A DNA stretch of 64,000 nt from Candidatus Lustribacter sp. (GCA_965277805.1 OZ255842.1:4800001-4864000); one strand, 5' to 3'. Numbered from the stretch's first letter, positions 39,128-49,987 are shown. The notes: generated by a model not told the origin, from the letters alone. Numbers and translations are program-made.

Positions 39128-40405
39128 ATGATCACCGAGAGCGAAAACGCACGCCTGACGAGCGTTATGGCCGGCACGCCGAGCGGCGAGTTGCTGCGCC
39201 GTTACTGGTATCCGATCGCGACGGCGGGCGAGATGCGCGACAAGTGGACCAAACGCGTCCGGCTGCTCGGCGAAGACCTCGTGCTCTTTAAGGACCGCAG
39301 CGGCCGGCTGGGCTTGATCGGTGAGGCCTGTCCCCACCGGCGCGCTTCCCTTGCCTACGGGATCCCCACGGCCGACGGCATCCGCTGCCCCTACCACGGC
39401 TGGAAGTTCGACGCGACCGGCGCCTGCACGGAGCAGCCCAACGAGCCTGAGGGTAGCACGTTCAAAGAGAAGGTCAGCATCGGCGGCTACGATGTCGGCG
39501 AACTTGGCGGCCTGATCTGGGGCTATCTCGGGCCCAAGCCGGCGCCGTTCATCCCGCGGCTCGACGGCTTCGTCGTCGAACGCGCCGTGCGCATGATGGG
39601 CGGCGCGCTCGTGCCCTGCAACTGGCTGCAGATCATGGAGAACTCGTGCGACCCGGTCCACACCGAATGGCTGCACGGGCACTTGGCCGAGTTTGTGGCC
39701 GAACAGAAGACCGGCATCAAACCGTCGTACGCGATCTCGCGCCATCATGTGAAGATCGCATTCGACGAGTTCGAATACGGGCTCTACAAGCGCCGCCTTT
39801 ACGAGGGTCAGTCCGAAGACGCCGACGATTGGCGCGTCGGTCATCCGGTGTTCTTCCCGAACACGCTCGCGGTCGGCTCGAAGCGCGACGGCTCGCGGAC
39901 GTATTCGTTCCAGATTCGCGTCCCGGTAGACGACGAGAACACGATGCACTACTGGTATACCGCCTATACGTTCCGGGACGGCGTCGAGATTCCGGCACAT
40001 CTGCTCGAGGACGTCGTCCCATTCGACGTGCCGCAACGCGATGAGAAGGGCGAGTTTCTGCTCGATGTGCTCGACATCCAGGACGTGATGGCGTGGGTCA
40101 CGCAAGGCCCGGTCGCCAAACGTCAACTGGAGAAACTCGGCACTACCGACCGCGGCGTCATCCTATTCCGCAAAATGCTCGAACGCGAGATCGCCAAGGT
40201 CGAAGACGGCGAAGGTCCGATGGCCGTTATCCGCGACGCGTCCAAGAACACCGTGATCGATCTACACGTCGAGTACGACAAGCAGATGCTTAGCGACGGC
40301 CTCGGGCGCGCGCTTTCGCGCACGCAGGCGCGCTTTTATCCATACCGCGCCGATTTGCTGAAGGTGTTCGAAGAAGCCCACCGTCCGCTGACCACCGCGC
40401 CCTAA
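39128..40405 (+). CDS. Rieske oxygenase, LigX/phthalate 4,5-dioxygenase-like (possible O-demethylase)
   Basis: 'GTPSGELLRRYW', CPHR...CPYHGW, 'NWLQIMENSCDPVH..WLH', 'QD.MAW.TQG'. Confidence 0.9.
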   Translation: MITESENARLTSVMAGTPSGELLRRYWYPIATAGEMRDKWTKRVRLLGEDLVLFKDRSGRLGLIGEACPHRRASLAYGIPTADGIRCPYHGWKFDATGACTEQPNEPEGSTFKEKVSIGGYDVGELGGLIWGYLGPKPAPFIPRLDGFVVERAVRMMGGALVPCNWLQIMENSCDPVHTEWLHGHLAEFVAEQKTGIKPSYAISRHHVKIAFDEFEYGLYKRRLYEGQSEDADDWRVGHPVFFPNTLAVGSKRDGSRTYSFQIRVPVDDENTMHYWYTAYTFRDGVEIPAHLLEDVVPFDVPQRDEKGEFLLDVLDIQDVMAWVTQGPVAKRQLEKLGTTDRGVILFRKMLEREIAKVEDGEGPMAVIRDASKNTVIDLHVEYDKQMLSDGLGRALSRTQARFYPYRADLLKVFEEAHRPLTTAP

Positions 40406-40541
40406 GCAATGCTCCTAGAAGTGTTGATTCGTTAAGCCGGGAGAAGTACCGCGCGTTCGATTTCTGCCCCGTGTAGGTCGCGTTCCACTTGGAGATCGTA
40501 GCTAGCCTGCTGGGCGTATCCAGATGCGGCGAGCACGGGTC

Positions 40542-41819
40542 TCAGTGCGCTATCCCCAGTGCTTGAAATCTCACCATGTCGATGCTGCCCACTGCGGCAA
40601 CGGCCGCATCCATCTCGACGCCCGTTCCGTCGACGCTAACGGCATACCGGTTGCCGACGATCTCCATGAGGTCGCTGCGCTTCCCGTCGTTCGTCCATTT
40701 CTCGTGAACGCGATGTCCGTTGACGTCGATGTTCTTCTCATAGCCGGTATCGCTGTCGTTGTCGGCTTGCATCGTCGTCGCAAGATTCGCGGCCGCGGCC
40801 AATCCGCTAATATTTCCGAGATCCGACACGGTTACATCGATATGCGGACCATCGGAGCGGCCGTACGTCGCGTGCGCCGATGACGTGGAGATGCCGGCGA
40901 GCGATGAGGACGAGCCGCCCGCGGCGTTTCGCGAAAGTCCGGCGATCGCTTTTGGAAGCAGCGACTCGAGGACGTCGTGCGCAATCGGCGTAACCGGCGG
41001 AGCGCCGCCGTGGACGATCGAGCCGAGCATCTTCATGCCGGCTTGCAGCTGCGCGTCGCTGTCGCCGCGCCGCTCCGCTTTCTGCTCGTCCTTCTCCGCG
41101 GCGGCAACGTCTTTGATAACGTTATGGGCGCGCTCGGCATTCGCATTGCCGCCGCCCATAGCGGCGCCCAGAATACCAGCGACGATCGAGTGCCCTTCGT
41201 TATCGGGTGCGGAGGTTGCAATGATACCGTGACGGGCGAAGATACCGGCAGTCAATCCGGTTGCGCCGGTGACGAGCATGCAGATTAGGCTCGCGCAGAT
41301 GCCGCACCCGATGCACGCAGCAGTAAAGGGAATTGCCTTTTCGCGCACGCTCAAACCGAGTGCCGGCGCGCCGCAGGAGAAGACGTAAAGCGCCCAGAGC
41401 GCCGCGAATATTTCGAGCGCGCTCAGCGGCGGAACGACACCGAGGATTCCGGCCACGAGCGACGGCGTGTACGAATACGCGACGAGCTTTAAGGAAGCAA
41501 GCGAATCGCGCCGTCCGCCGAACGACGGCGCGAGAAACGTGGCGATTGCGCTCATGATCAAGACGCCGGCGAGGATCATGACGAACATGAAGATCGCTTG
41601 AGTAAGCGATGCGCTCAACGGGGCGCGATAGGTTCCGGCGAACGGGATGCTCACGCCCACGAGCGAGAGGCCGATGACGAGGGCGACGGGGCCGACCGTC
41701 GCCAGCGGCACGATGTAGCCTGAAAAGAGGCCGGCGGCGGTGGACGGCTCCGCTGCGATCGCCGGCCATTCGGCATGCGGTCGCAAGATGATGCGCTTGG
41801 CGCGCTCGACGATGCTCAC
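40542..41819 (-). CDS. Yip1-domain membrane protein with extracytoplasmic C-terminal domain
   Basis: 'RAKRIILRP..EW..IAAE', 'LAPSFGG', 'LKLVAYSYTP'; about five TMs then a soluble domain. Confidence 0.85.
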   Translation of the reverse strand: MSIVERAKRIILRPHAEWPAIAAEPSTAAGLFSGYIVPLATVGPVALVIGLSLVGVSIPFAGTYRAPLSASLTQAIFMFVMILAGVLIMSAIATFLAPSFGGRRDSLASLKLVAYSYTPSLVAGILGVVPPLSALEIFAALWALYVFSCGAPALGLSVREKAIPFTAACIGCGICASLICMLVTGATGLTAGIFARHGIIATSAPDNEGHSIVAGILGAAMGGGNANAERAHNVIKDVAAAEKDEQKAERRGDSDAQLQAGMKMLGSIVHGGAPPVTPIAHDVLESLLPKAIAGLSRNAAGGSSSSLAGISTSSAHATYGRSDGPHIDVTVSDLGNISGLAAAANLATTMQADNDSDTGYEKNIDVNGHRVHEKWTNDGKRSDLMEIVGNRYAVSVDGTGVEMDAAVAAVGSIDMVRFQALGIAH

Positions 41820-41901
41820 GATTGCATCTTCCGCCTAGGCCTGTAAACGTCGGGGCATGGCCGGCGCGGGCGCGAGTGGCGCGGGGCGTTTCATTGGAGC
41901 C

Positions 41902-42093
41902 TCATTTTTTGCAGTCGTCGGTCAGTTGGTGCGTGAGAATGAATGCGTTTAAGTCCGCGGGGTCGCGGAAATAGCGCCGCTGTTTGGTAGCGAGATGTTC
42001 CACCGATCCGCGCCACTCCGCGCGCCTGCCGGCGCCTCCGCTCTCGCACCACATGCGGACGAGAAACGCATGCTCGCGGCGTTCATTCTCCAC
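41902..42093 (-). CDS. Small conserved protein (FLVRxW...WRGxVEH...RRYF)
   Basis: 63-aa ORF from GTG; motif recalled from proteins beside BTAD regulators. Confidence 0.65.
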   Translation of the reverse strand: MENERREHAFLVRMWCESGGAGRRAEWRGSVEHLATKQRRYFRDPADLNAFILTHQLTDDCKK

Positions 42094-42113
42094 CCACGCA
42101 TGATAAAGTGAAT

Positions 42114-42156
42114 GCGTCCAAATCGCGTCCAATGCGATTGGACGAATGCTGGACGC
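42114..42156. promoter_or_regulatory. SARP-type heptamer operator array
   Basis: GCGTCCA at 42114 and 42125; inverted TGGACG(C) at 42139 and 42150; 11-bp period on each side. Confidence 0.65.
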
Positions 42157-42195
42157 CGGTGCGCTATTCTCGACGCACACGCTTTTGGAGGTTCC

Positions 42196-42705
42196 ATGAA
42201 ACGCACTACTGCAGTATCCGTCCTCGCTTTATCGCTCTTCAGCGGCGCCGCCGCCCTTGCGGCGCCAACGCCGATTCCCGGCGGTGCGAATCAGGCAGCC
42301 GGCGTTGCCGGCACGTTCGGACAGAAGCTATTCAACGGTGAAATCCGCCTCTTGCCGAGAGATATTCGCGATGCAAGCGACTCCGACGGGCTCATGGCAG
42401 CGACGGGGAAAAAATGGATCGTGTTCACCGCGTCTGCCAGCAACGGCACCGCGCATGCGCTCGATATGACGCAATTCATCGCGTCGATCGTCGATCAGGA
42501 CGGCGACACGCTCCAGGCGCAGCCGGATAAGGTCAAACCGATGGGCGGCGTGTACGGGCAGCCGCCCGGAGGTCAGTGGAAAGAACAGGTCATGTTCGAC
42601 GTGCCTTTGGATTTCGTTCCGGTGAAAATCGTTCTCTTACCGTACGATCGGAAACATCAGGCCTTCCGCATCACCGTACGCCCCGGAGACTACGCACACT
42701 CGTAG
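42196..42705 (+). CDS. Secreted Ig-like protein (DUF4352-like)
   Basis: GGAGG RBS, signal peptide, 'IVDQDGD...PGG..K..V.FDVP' pattern. Confidence 0.75.
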   Translation: MKRTTAVSVLALSLFSGAAALAAPTPIPGGANQAAGVAGTFGQKLFNGEIRLLPRDIRDASDSDGLMAATGKKWIVFTASASNGTAHALDMTQFIASIVDQDGDTLQAQPDKVKPMGGVYGQPPGGQWKEQVMFDVPLDFVPVKIVLLPYDRKHQAFRITVRPGDYAHS

Positions 42706-45700
42706 TCTTCGCGAGCGAGAAGCGCTCGGTGCGCGTGCAGCGCAGCATACGCCGCGCGCGTGCGCGCGTCGGGCAGTTTCTCGAGCCGTGCGCGTACCAG
42801 CGCGCCCGCACGTTCGCGTAGCGCGTTCGACTTCGCCGTGCGGCCGATCGCCGCAAACCCGTCGGCCGCTTTCGCGAGCGCATCGGCCGGCATGACGACC
42901 GCATTCTCGTCGATTGAAATCGCTGCGTCGAGTTCCGCGGCAAACTCGCCCGCCTGGTCGCGCTTCCCGCACGCAATCAGCGTCGGAATCATTTCAGCGA
43001 TGAGTTCGCGTCGCTCGTCGGCGAAGCCGGGCGCCGCGCAAATCGCCAGCGCTTCGGTGAACAGCCGGAGGCTCTCGCCGGGGTCGCGATCGAGCAGACG
43101 CAACGCACTTGCGGAATGTCCGAGCGCGGTTGCGATCATGCGTTGGTCCGGAATATTGCGCGCGATCTCGAGCGCGCGCTGCGCTTCGGCCAACGCCCGC
43201 TCGCCGTCGCGTCGCAAAAGCGCAACGTACGCGAAATTCGCATGACAGAGCGAACGGCCCAGCGCGTTGTCGAGCCGAAGAACGTGCGCGAGCGCCTCCC
43301 GGTAGTAGTGTTCCGCATCGTCGAGCAGGCCGACATGATTTTCGAGCGCGCCGGCGTTAATCGCGATCGACGCGCGCGATTGGGGCTTACCGATGCGTTC
43401 AAAAATCGCCGCTGCCGCCCGAATGTGTTCTCGTGCCGACGCGACGTCGAAGGACCACCAGTCGATGCGCGCAGCGACTTGGTGCGCGTTGCCTTCTCCC
43501 TCGACGTCGCCGATTTTCCGGCAGAGTTCGAGAAGCGCCGGCGACAGCCGCGCGGCTTCGCCGCGGTCGGCCATCTCCACGGCGAGCATCGCTTGCGCCC
43601 GGACGATTGCGAGTTGGTCCGCGAGCGAAGGATCGGCTCCGGCCTGCCGCTCCGCTTCGCGGATGACCGTTTGCGCCGGCTCGAAGTCGGCCGCGGCTGT
43701 AAGCGCGTGCGCGACGGTGCGGAGATCGTCGAAGCGTTCGGACGGCGTCCGCGCGAGGCCGTCGATAGCATCGATGTTATGCATCGTGCGTGCGGCCGAA
43801 GCGGGGTAACCCCGCGCGATGTCCCCCCGGGCGCGACAGCGCAGCGTCTTGGCCATCATACTCGCGTCGCCGCTCGCGAGCGCGATGCGTTCGAGCTCAT
43901 CCGTGGCGTGGCGCTGCCGTTCGAAGTCGCCGGTCTGCAACCCGAATTCGCTCGATCTCTGAAGAGCGATCGCGCGCAGAGCATCGTCGTCGAGATCGTT
44001 CGCGAGTGCGAGCATCATCGCGGCGGCATCGTGCTGACGTTGACCGTCGCCGCACGTCAGCGCGGCCGATTCGATGGCGGCATACAGAGCGAAACGTTCC
44101 GGCAGGCGCTGCTCGAGCCGCAGTGCATGGTCTGCAAACGCGATGGCATCCTGCCATGCGTATTGGCCGCGCGCGACGCTCGCCGCACGGGCGTAATATC
44201 GAGCGGCTTCGTCCGTCCGTCCGGCTCTCTCGAAATGCTGAGCAAGGACGCGCGCGAATTCGTCTTGGCGGTCGGGGAAGAGCTGCAGAATCGCTTTGGC
44301 AAACCGCCGGTGCCGCCGCCTCTCGACGTCGGCCGGCATCGATTGCAGCACGGTTGCCCGGATGAGATCGTGCGTGAACTGATAGTCGCCACGCGATCCG
44401 GCCGCCGTTTCACGGAGCACGAAGCGATCGACGAGCTCGTCTGCCGCATCGAGGACTTCCGCCAACGGCCAGCCGGATGCGTGTTGCAGCACGTCGATCG
44501 AGACGATCGTGCCGCCGACGGCCGCAATGTCGATGAGCGAACGCGCTGCCTCGGAAAGCATAGCGACGCGCGCATTGATCGTCGATTCGAGCGTTGCCGG
44601 TATCTCGCCGGGTTCGTCGTCGTTGCATTCGGACCGCGCGCCGTACTCGCGAACGAGCTCGCTGAGAAAGAGCGGGTTGCCGTTTGCGAGATCGATGGCG
44701 CGGCTGCCGAAGGCAGGGGATACGGCCTTGTAGTCCTGAACGATTTTCCGGCAGGCCGTCGCGTCGAGCCGGCCGAGGCCGAGACGCAGCGCCCACTTCA
44801 TCGCCGGATCACTTCGGAACGACTGCAGGGCACTCGTCATCTGCTCCTCGCGAAACGAGACGATCGTCAAAAACGGCGATCGCGCGCACGTTCGGGCAAT
44901 GCGCGTGATCAGATCCAGCGTATCTGCGAAGACCCAATGCAGATCTTCGAAGATCATCACGGTCGGACGCGCGGCGCTCAGCCGCTCGGCCGCGAGCGCG
45001 ATCGCATCGAAAAATCGCTCGCGCTCGCGCTGATCGATCAAGCCGACGCTTTCGGGAATCTCGGGTTTCATGGCGCGCAGTTCCGGAAAGCGCACCGCGA
45101 GCGTGCTCAGCAGCGCCGGCGAGAGCGATAATCGGGCGAGTTCGCTGATCGCGCCGGTCAAGGCTTCGGTGACGGGCTCGTACGGCGCCGCTTCGGGAGC
45201 CGACGAGGTACCCCAGAGGACGCGCGCGCCTTCGTGCTCGGCGACCGTGGCGAATTCACGCAGCAAGCGAGTTTTGCCGATACCTGGTTCACCGGAAACC
45301 ATCGCGACCCGGCCTTTGCCGCTCGCCGCGTGTCGCCACGCGTGGCGCAGCGCGTCGATCTCGTCTTCGCGTCCCGCGAATGGCAGTGCGCGTTCGGGCG
45401 CGGGGCAATGATCGTCGCGCTGCGTGTTCACCGATGCATGCCTGCGGATCGCGTCGTGGAGCGATTGCGTTTCGTGCATCGGCGGTGCGCCAAGCTCGAT
45501 TTGGAGCCGCTCGCGGAATGCGTGAAACTCGGTCAGGGCGCTCGACCGGTCACCGGACTCGTAATGCAGCGTCATCAACGTGCGCACCGCGTCTTCGCGG
45601 AATGGGTCGACATGCAGAGCGCGCTGCGAAAGTGCGATCGCCTCGGAGAAGCGGCGCTCGCCGCGATAACGATCGACGAGACCGATCAGCAGGCGCAAAT

Positions 45701-46169
45701 ACAGTGTTCGTAACCGCTCGCGATGCGGGATGAGCCAATCCTCATCGCAGCCTTCGAACAGTTCGCCGGTATAGAGATCGACCGCGCCGGGGGCGAGGGC
45801 GGGATCGGACGCCGCGGCTTCCAACCGCGTGACGTCGAGATCGAGCGGCATCTGCGAATTGAACGCGACGGTTTTGGCGTCCACATCGAGCCAACGGTGT
45901 CCGGTTACGTCGTTAAGCGCACCGTTGACGCGATGCAGATGGCGCCGCAAATTCGTGCGCGCTTCGATCTCCGAATATTCCGGCCAGAATTTATATGCGA
46001 GTTGATCGCGCGCGATTGGCCGATGGCGTCCGAGCAGCAGATAGACGAACAACGGCAACGTCTGCGCAGCCACAAAGCGTATCGGTTTACCATCGTACGA
46101 AACGTGCGGTGTGCCAAAAAGTCGAACGCTGAGCGGCTGAACATCTTCCAAACCGTTGGTGCCGGCCAT
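42690..46169 (-). CDS. SARP/BTAD-family activator with AAA/STAND ATPase and TPR-like repeats
   Basis: wHTH 'LFG.P...FWPE...ARTNLRRHL', BTAD 'LYTGELF...DPFRE', Walker A GEPGIGKT, Walker B 'IFEDLHW', GNP. Confidence 0.92.
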   Translation of the reverse strand: MAGTNGLEDVQPLSVRLFGTPHVSYDGKPIRFVAAQTLPLFVYLLLGRHRPIARDQLAYKFWPEYSEIEARTNLRRHLHRVNGALNDVTGHRWLDVDAKTVAFNSQMPLDLDVTRLEAAASDPALAPGAVDLYTGELFEGCDEDWLIPHRERLRTLYLRLLIGLVDRYRGERRFSEAIALSQRALHVDPFREDAVRTLMTLHYESGDRSSALTEFHAFRERLQIELGAPPMHETQSLHDAIRRHASVNTQRDDHCPAPERALPFAGREDEIDALRHAWRHAASGKGRVAMVSGEPGIGKTRLLREFATVAEHEGARVLWGTSSAPEAAPYEPVTEALTGAISELARLSLSPALLSTLAVRFPELRAMKPEIPESVGLIDQRERERFFDAIALAAERLSAARPTVMIFEDLHWVFADTLDLITRIARTCARSPFLTIVSFREEQMTSALQSFRSDPAMKWALRLGLGRLDATACRKIVQDYKAVSPAFGSRAIDLANGNPLFLSELVREYGARSECNDDEPGEIPATLESTINARVAMLSEAARSLIDIAAVGGTIVSIDVLQHASGWPLAEVLDAADELVDRFVLRETAAGSRGDYQFTHDLIRATVLQSMPADVERRRHRRFAKAILQLFPDRQDEFARVLAQHFERAGRTDEAARYYARAASVARGQYAWQDAIAFADHALRLEQRLPERFALYAAIESAALTCGDGQRQHDAAAMMLALANDLDDDALRAIALQRSSEFGLQTGDFERQRHATDELERIALASGDASMMAKTLRCRARGDIARGYPASAARTMHNIDAIDGLARTPSERFDDLRTVAHALTAAADFEPAQTVIREAERQAGADPSLADQLAIVRAQAMLAVEMADRGEAARLSPALLELCRKIGDVEGEGNAHQVAARIDWWSFDVASAREHIRAAAAIFERIGKPQSRASIAINAGALENHVGLLDDAEHYYREALAHVLRLDNALGRSLCHANFAYVALLRRDGERALAEAQRALEIARNIPDQRMIATALGHSASALRLLDRDPGESLRLFTEALAICAAPGFADERRELIAEMIPTLIACGKRDQAGEFAAELDAAISIDENAVVMPADALAKAADGFAAIGRTAKSNALRERAGALVRARLEKLPDARTRAAYAALHAHRALLAREDYECA

Positions 46170-46313
46170 TGCGCCGCCTTCGGGTCGTTTTCGATGTTTT
46201 CTTGCGGCCGAAGAAACGGCGGCGAACGATGATCGACGCGTCAAGCCAACCCTCGGTTGCTTATTTTCGCAACCGTGAGATTGCTCATTTGACGATCATC
46301 ACGTAGATAGACC

Positions 46314-46502
46314 GTGCGGCACACCGAAAACGGTTTGGACAAGATCGGGCGCATCACCACCGGCGGTCCCGTAACGGAAGTTGCATCGCCGGTCGCTGGC
46401 CTCGGTTTGCGAGGCATCGCGGTTGCACCCTATGGTTCGCTCTGGTTCTGCGAGCCGGGTACCGGCTTGAATCCCGGACGCATCGGAAAGTGGGTCGCCT
46501 AA
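46314..46502 (+). pseudogene. Fragment of a Vgb-lyase-like beta-propeller
   Basis: 'TENGLDKIGRITTGG.VTE...GIAVAPYGSLWF.E' repeat unit only. Confidence 0.65.
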
Positions 46503-46503
46503 C

Positions 46504-46884
46504 ATGCGGCGCATTTTGCTCTTGATCGCTACCTGCCCCATCGTGTCGGCGCGCACCGACGCTGGCACCACGAGGACTCCGATCTCGTCATCCCAGGGCG
46601 CTACTCCTTCGGCGGGTACCACCACGCTGCCGTCGGGAACCCAACCGATCGCTCTCAGCCCGACCTCGGTTTCGTTGACGGCCGGTTCGCCGGTACAGCA
46701 ATTCTCGGTAAGCGAGTCGAATTACACCCGCACGTTCGCCGTTACGAGCAGCAATTGCAGTGGAATTGCGACGTTCACACCCGCAAGCGCAAGCGGCAGT
46801 TTTCAGGTCGTCGATTTTCGTTACGACGGTGAGCGGAACGGTGAATTAAGCCGTAGCGCCGGCCTTAGATCGGTAGCGCTGTAG
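46504..46884 (+). CDS. Hypothetical Ser/Thr-rich protein, probably degenerate
   Basis: 'LSPTSVSLT...FSVSESNY' Ig-like stretch with a poor signal peptide. Confidence 0.35.
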   Translation: MRRILLLIATCPIVSARTDAGTTRTPISSSQGATPSAGTTTLPSGTQPIALSPTSVSLTAGSPVQQFSVSESNYTRTFAVTSSNCSGIATFTPASASGSFQVVDFRYDGERNGELSRSAGLRSVAL

Positions 46885-46965
46885 CCGCGCATGTAGGCGT
46901 GCGGTGACAGCCGGCTCATGATGTCGGCGACGAACTTCGCGTAGAGCTCGCGTCCGCTTGCAATA

Positions 46966-47580
46966 CTAGTGCATGCACGGAATTGCTGTCTCAAGCCGGG
47001 CTCGTAGTTCGATCACCTCCGCACCGCAGAGATCGGTCCGGTAAACTAATGCGCCATTCGCCCCCAGCGTATCGAGAGTCGACTTTGCCGGATGACCGAA
47101 CGTATTATGGCGACCGACCGAAATGATAGCAATGTGCGGCTGCACGGCGGCGACGAACGCCGAAGTCGATGCGTAGCGAGAGCCATGGTGGCCGACCTTC
47201 AGGATGTCTGCGTGAACATCGATCCTGCCCGCGAGCAGACGCGACTCACTCGCCTCGCCGGCGTCTCCCATGAAGAGTTCACGAAACGTGAGCGATCCGT
47301 CGATATACGTCAGCCTTGTGACGATGCTGTTTTCATTTATGTCGTCACCAGTGTCGGCGAGGAACGGAAACGAAGGCGCGAGTAGGTCGAGCTCCACGCC
47401 GTCGTCCGATGACCATCGGATTCCGCGCCGCGCGATGACGATCGGCACGTGATGCGCATGCGCCGCGGTGACGCAGTCCCGATAAGCGCGACCCGCGTAC
47501 GTCTGCCCCGAATCGAACAGCAACCGTACCGGCATTGCGTCGATGATCGGAGCACAGCCACCGACGTGATCGCCGTAGGG
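46966..47580 (-). pseudogene. comEC: 3' fragment of ComEC/Rec2 (metallo-beta-lactamase domain only)
   Basis: GDHVGG, 'NENSIV', 'LFMGDA', 'LKVGHHGS', 'ISVGRHNTFGHP'; similarity stops abruptly inside the HxHxDH motif. Confidence 0.8.
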
Positions 47581-48084
47581 AAATAAAACACATACCAAAG
47601 GGTCTCGCCGATGGTTCAGATCGGCGAGGCCCACGCACCGGAAAGTGACTTCCAGTGACCCGTTCAGCTTACCACGGCAGCCACTCCACGAAGAAGTGGG
47701 CGACGGTCTCGACCACAAGCCTGATGCGCCAAGCCGGCGAACGTGCCGAATGGGACGTCTCCAGGGCGGTCTCGATCCTCCGGAGCTGGTCATACGACCA
47801 CCCGAACGCCAAGTCGGCGATCGCGATCATTGTGAGCAAGGCCGCTGGCGCCCCGAAGTTCGCCATCGACGAAAAGCACCTGAGGACCATCGTCGGAGTC
47901 GCTGCGTGAACGCCGCCGCCGCAAAGGCCAAGGGGTTCGCCACCGCCGCGTGCGGTTCTCTAGGCTGGCACGCATCGTGCATAGCCTGCAATTGGACGCA
48001 GCAGCCCGATCTGCGCCGGTACTACAGCGACGCTGCACGCGCGGCCCGCCTGCACAGCGCCCAACTGCACAAGGACACAAGCCG

Positions 48085-49062
48085 ATGACCGCGCTGGCGA
48101 CAACGCTTGAACCAGCTGCGGCGATGCTGGCCATGATCCAAGATCTCGGCGAACGAGCGAACGATTACGCGACCGCATCGAAGGCCAGCAGCACACGACG
48201 GGCCTACGCGACCGATATGGCCGATTTCGGTGCCTTCGCGGGCTCCTGCGGAGCTGCTACCGTCCCGGCCGACTGGCAGCTCATCGCCGCCTACGCGACG
48301 CACATGGCCGACCGGGGCCTGTCTATCGCGACGATCCGCCGGCGCATGGTCGCGATCTCCCAGGCGCACAAAACCGCCGGCCTCGAGTCGCCTACCGCGA
48401 AGAAGGCCGTGCGCGATGTGGTCGCCGGCATCGCCCGCACCAAGGGCGTCCCGCCCCGGCGCAAAGACGCCCTGAGCGTCGACCTGCTGCGCAACGCTGT
48501 GCTGACCCTGGCTGACGACGACCTCAAGGCGAAGCGCGACCGTGCGATGGTACTCCTCGGGTTCGCGATCGCGGCGCGCCGGTCGGAGCTCGCGGCCCTC
48601 AACGTTGAGGATCTGCATTTCGATGCGCGCGGGCTCGTCGTGACGATCCGGCGGTCGAAAACGGACCAGGAGGGCGTCGGGGCCGAGATCGGCGTCCCGT
48701 ACGTCGACAACAAGGGCCTTTGCGCGGCGCGTGCGGTGCGCACGTGGCTGGACGCGGCCGTAGTCACCTCGGGTCCCGTGTTCCGCACCTTCAGCAAGGC
48801 ACGTGTGCTGCAGGCGAACCGTATCGATGGCGCGGACGTCGCGCGGCTCGTGAAGCGCGTCACCGGGCTCGCCGGGATTGCTGGTGACTTCGCCGGCCAC
48901 AGCCTGCGCGCGGGCTTCATCACTTCCGCGGCCTCAAGCGCCGGCGTTAGCGAGGTCGACATTATGCGCGTCAGCCGGCATAAGAGCGTAACCATCTTGC
49001 GCGGCTACGTGCGGCGCGCGACCGTTTTTGATAAGGCTCCGCTGACGTCGATCCTTGGATAG
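48085..49062 (+). CDS. Cre-like tyrosine recombinase
   Basis: N-domain 'STRRAYATD'; catalytic R (ARRSEL), K (RRSKTDQ), HSLR, RH, Y (GYVR); AAGGA RBS. Confidence 0.93.
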   Translation: MTALATTLEPAAAMLAMIQDLGERANDYATASKASSTRRAYATDMADFGAFAGSCGAATVPADWQLIAAYATHMADRGLSIATIRRRMVAISQAHKTAGLESPTAKKAVRDVVAGIARTKGVPPRRKDALSVDLLRNAVLTLADDDLKAKRDRAMVLLGFAIAARRSELAALNVEDLHFDARGLVVTIRRSKTDQEGVGAEIGVPYVDNKGLCAARAVRTWLDAAVVTSGPVFRTFSKARVLQANRIDGADVARLVKRVTGLAGIAGDFAGHSLRAGFITSAASSAGVSEVDIMRVSRHKSVTILRGYVRRATVFDKAPLTSILG

Positions 49063-49074
49063 CTGCGCTCGAAA

Positions 49075-49938
49075 TTACGGGTTGTTGGCTAACCAGTTGT
49101 CGACGGCAACAAGGAGATCGACGGCGATCGGCCGACCGGCAAGAAGTAACGTAGCGACGAGCTCACCGTCAAGCGGAAGCGCGGCGCCCGCGGAAACCCG
49201 AGGGGCGATCGCTGGCAAGTTGGCAATGGCTTCCACATAGTCGACGTCCACGATCCCAGAACGATGCACGAGCACTTGCCGGATGGCGTTCAATGCATCG
49301 AGGGTTGGATCGTTTAGCGGACCGAGAATGGCCTGCACATCGCCAAACGCATCTTTATATGCCCTCCGCGAGCCGCGCCGAGGGTCGCCCAATGAGTCGA
49401 AGCGGTACTTCTCACGGAGGAGTGTCCCCATGCGACCGGTCAGGTTGAAATTGTAACGGTGAAGTATTCCTAACGCCACCTGTTTTTGATCGTCTCCGCG
49501 CGGTGTGGAAGCTTTGCTGCCATTTAGGTTGGCAAGTATCTTTGGGTGCGAATTGAGCGCTTTTTCCCACAAGTCCGCTACAAGCGTCTCGAGTGTTGTC
49601 CACGATTGCACAAGAAGTGTCGAAAGAACACCTTCGACGCCGAGTTCGATCATCGAATGATACGACTGGACTGCCTGCCATTGCGCCAGCCCAATCCGAT
49701 AGAGATCCTCGACTGATGCCGGTGAAACAGGAACCTCTCCCGTGGCGGCTCGCCCTGCGTACATACTCGTCACGATCGTCTGAACAATCGCGTCGCCGCG
49801 CCACAAATTTTTAGTAGCTGCTTGGTAGACCGGCCGCAGTTCTGGCGTTTTCAACTGTTGGGCGAGCGGCTCTCCGCGCATCATCCATGGGATTAAGCCG
49901 GTGAGTTTGAAATCACGTTGTGGAACGGTGCTGTCCAT
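49075..49938 (-). CDS. HEPN-like protein
   Basis: 'SWTTLETLVADL' helix and 'IRQVLVHRSGIVD' RxxxxH motif. Confidence 0.6.
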   Translation of the reverse strand: MDSTVPQRDFKLTGLIPWMMRGEPLAQQLKTPELRPVYQAATKNLWRGDAIVQTIVTSMYAGRAATGEVPVSPASVEDLYRIGLAQWQAVQSYHSMIELGVEGVLSTLLVQSWTTLETLVADLWEKALNSHPKILANLNGSKASTPRGDDQKQVALGILHRYNFNLTGRMGTLLREKYRFDSLGDPRRGSRRAYKDAFGDVQAILGPLNDPTLDALNAIRQVLVHRSGIVDVDYVEAIANLPAIAPRVSAGAALPLDGELVATLLLAGRPIAVDLLVAVDNWLANNP

Positions 49939-49987
49939 CGCGTTTGCTTCCGCACAAAGAGAACGACCCATTCGTTCAGTAGCAGGT

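Noticed and set aside
47986-48070. CTGCAC repeats upstream of the recombinase
   Set aside because: Short and irregularly spaced; cannot be told from chance at this GC content.
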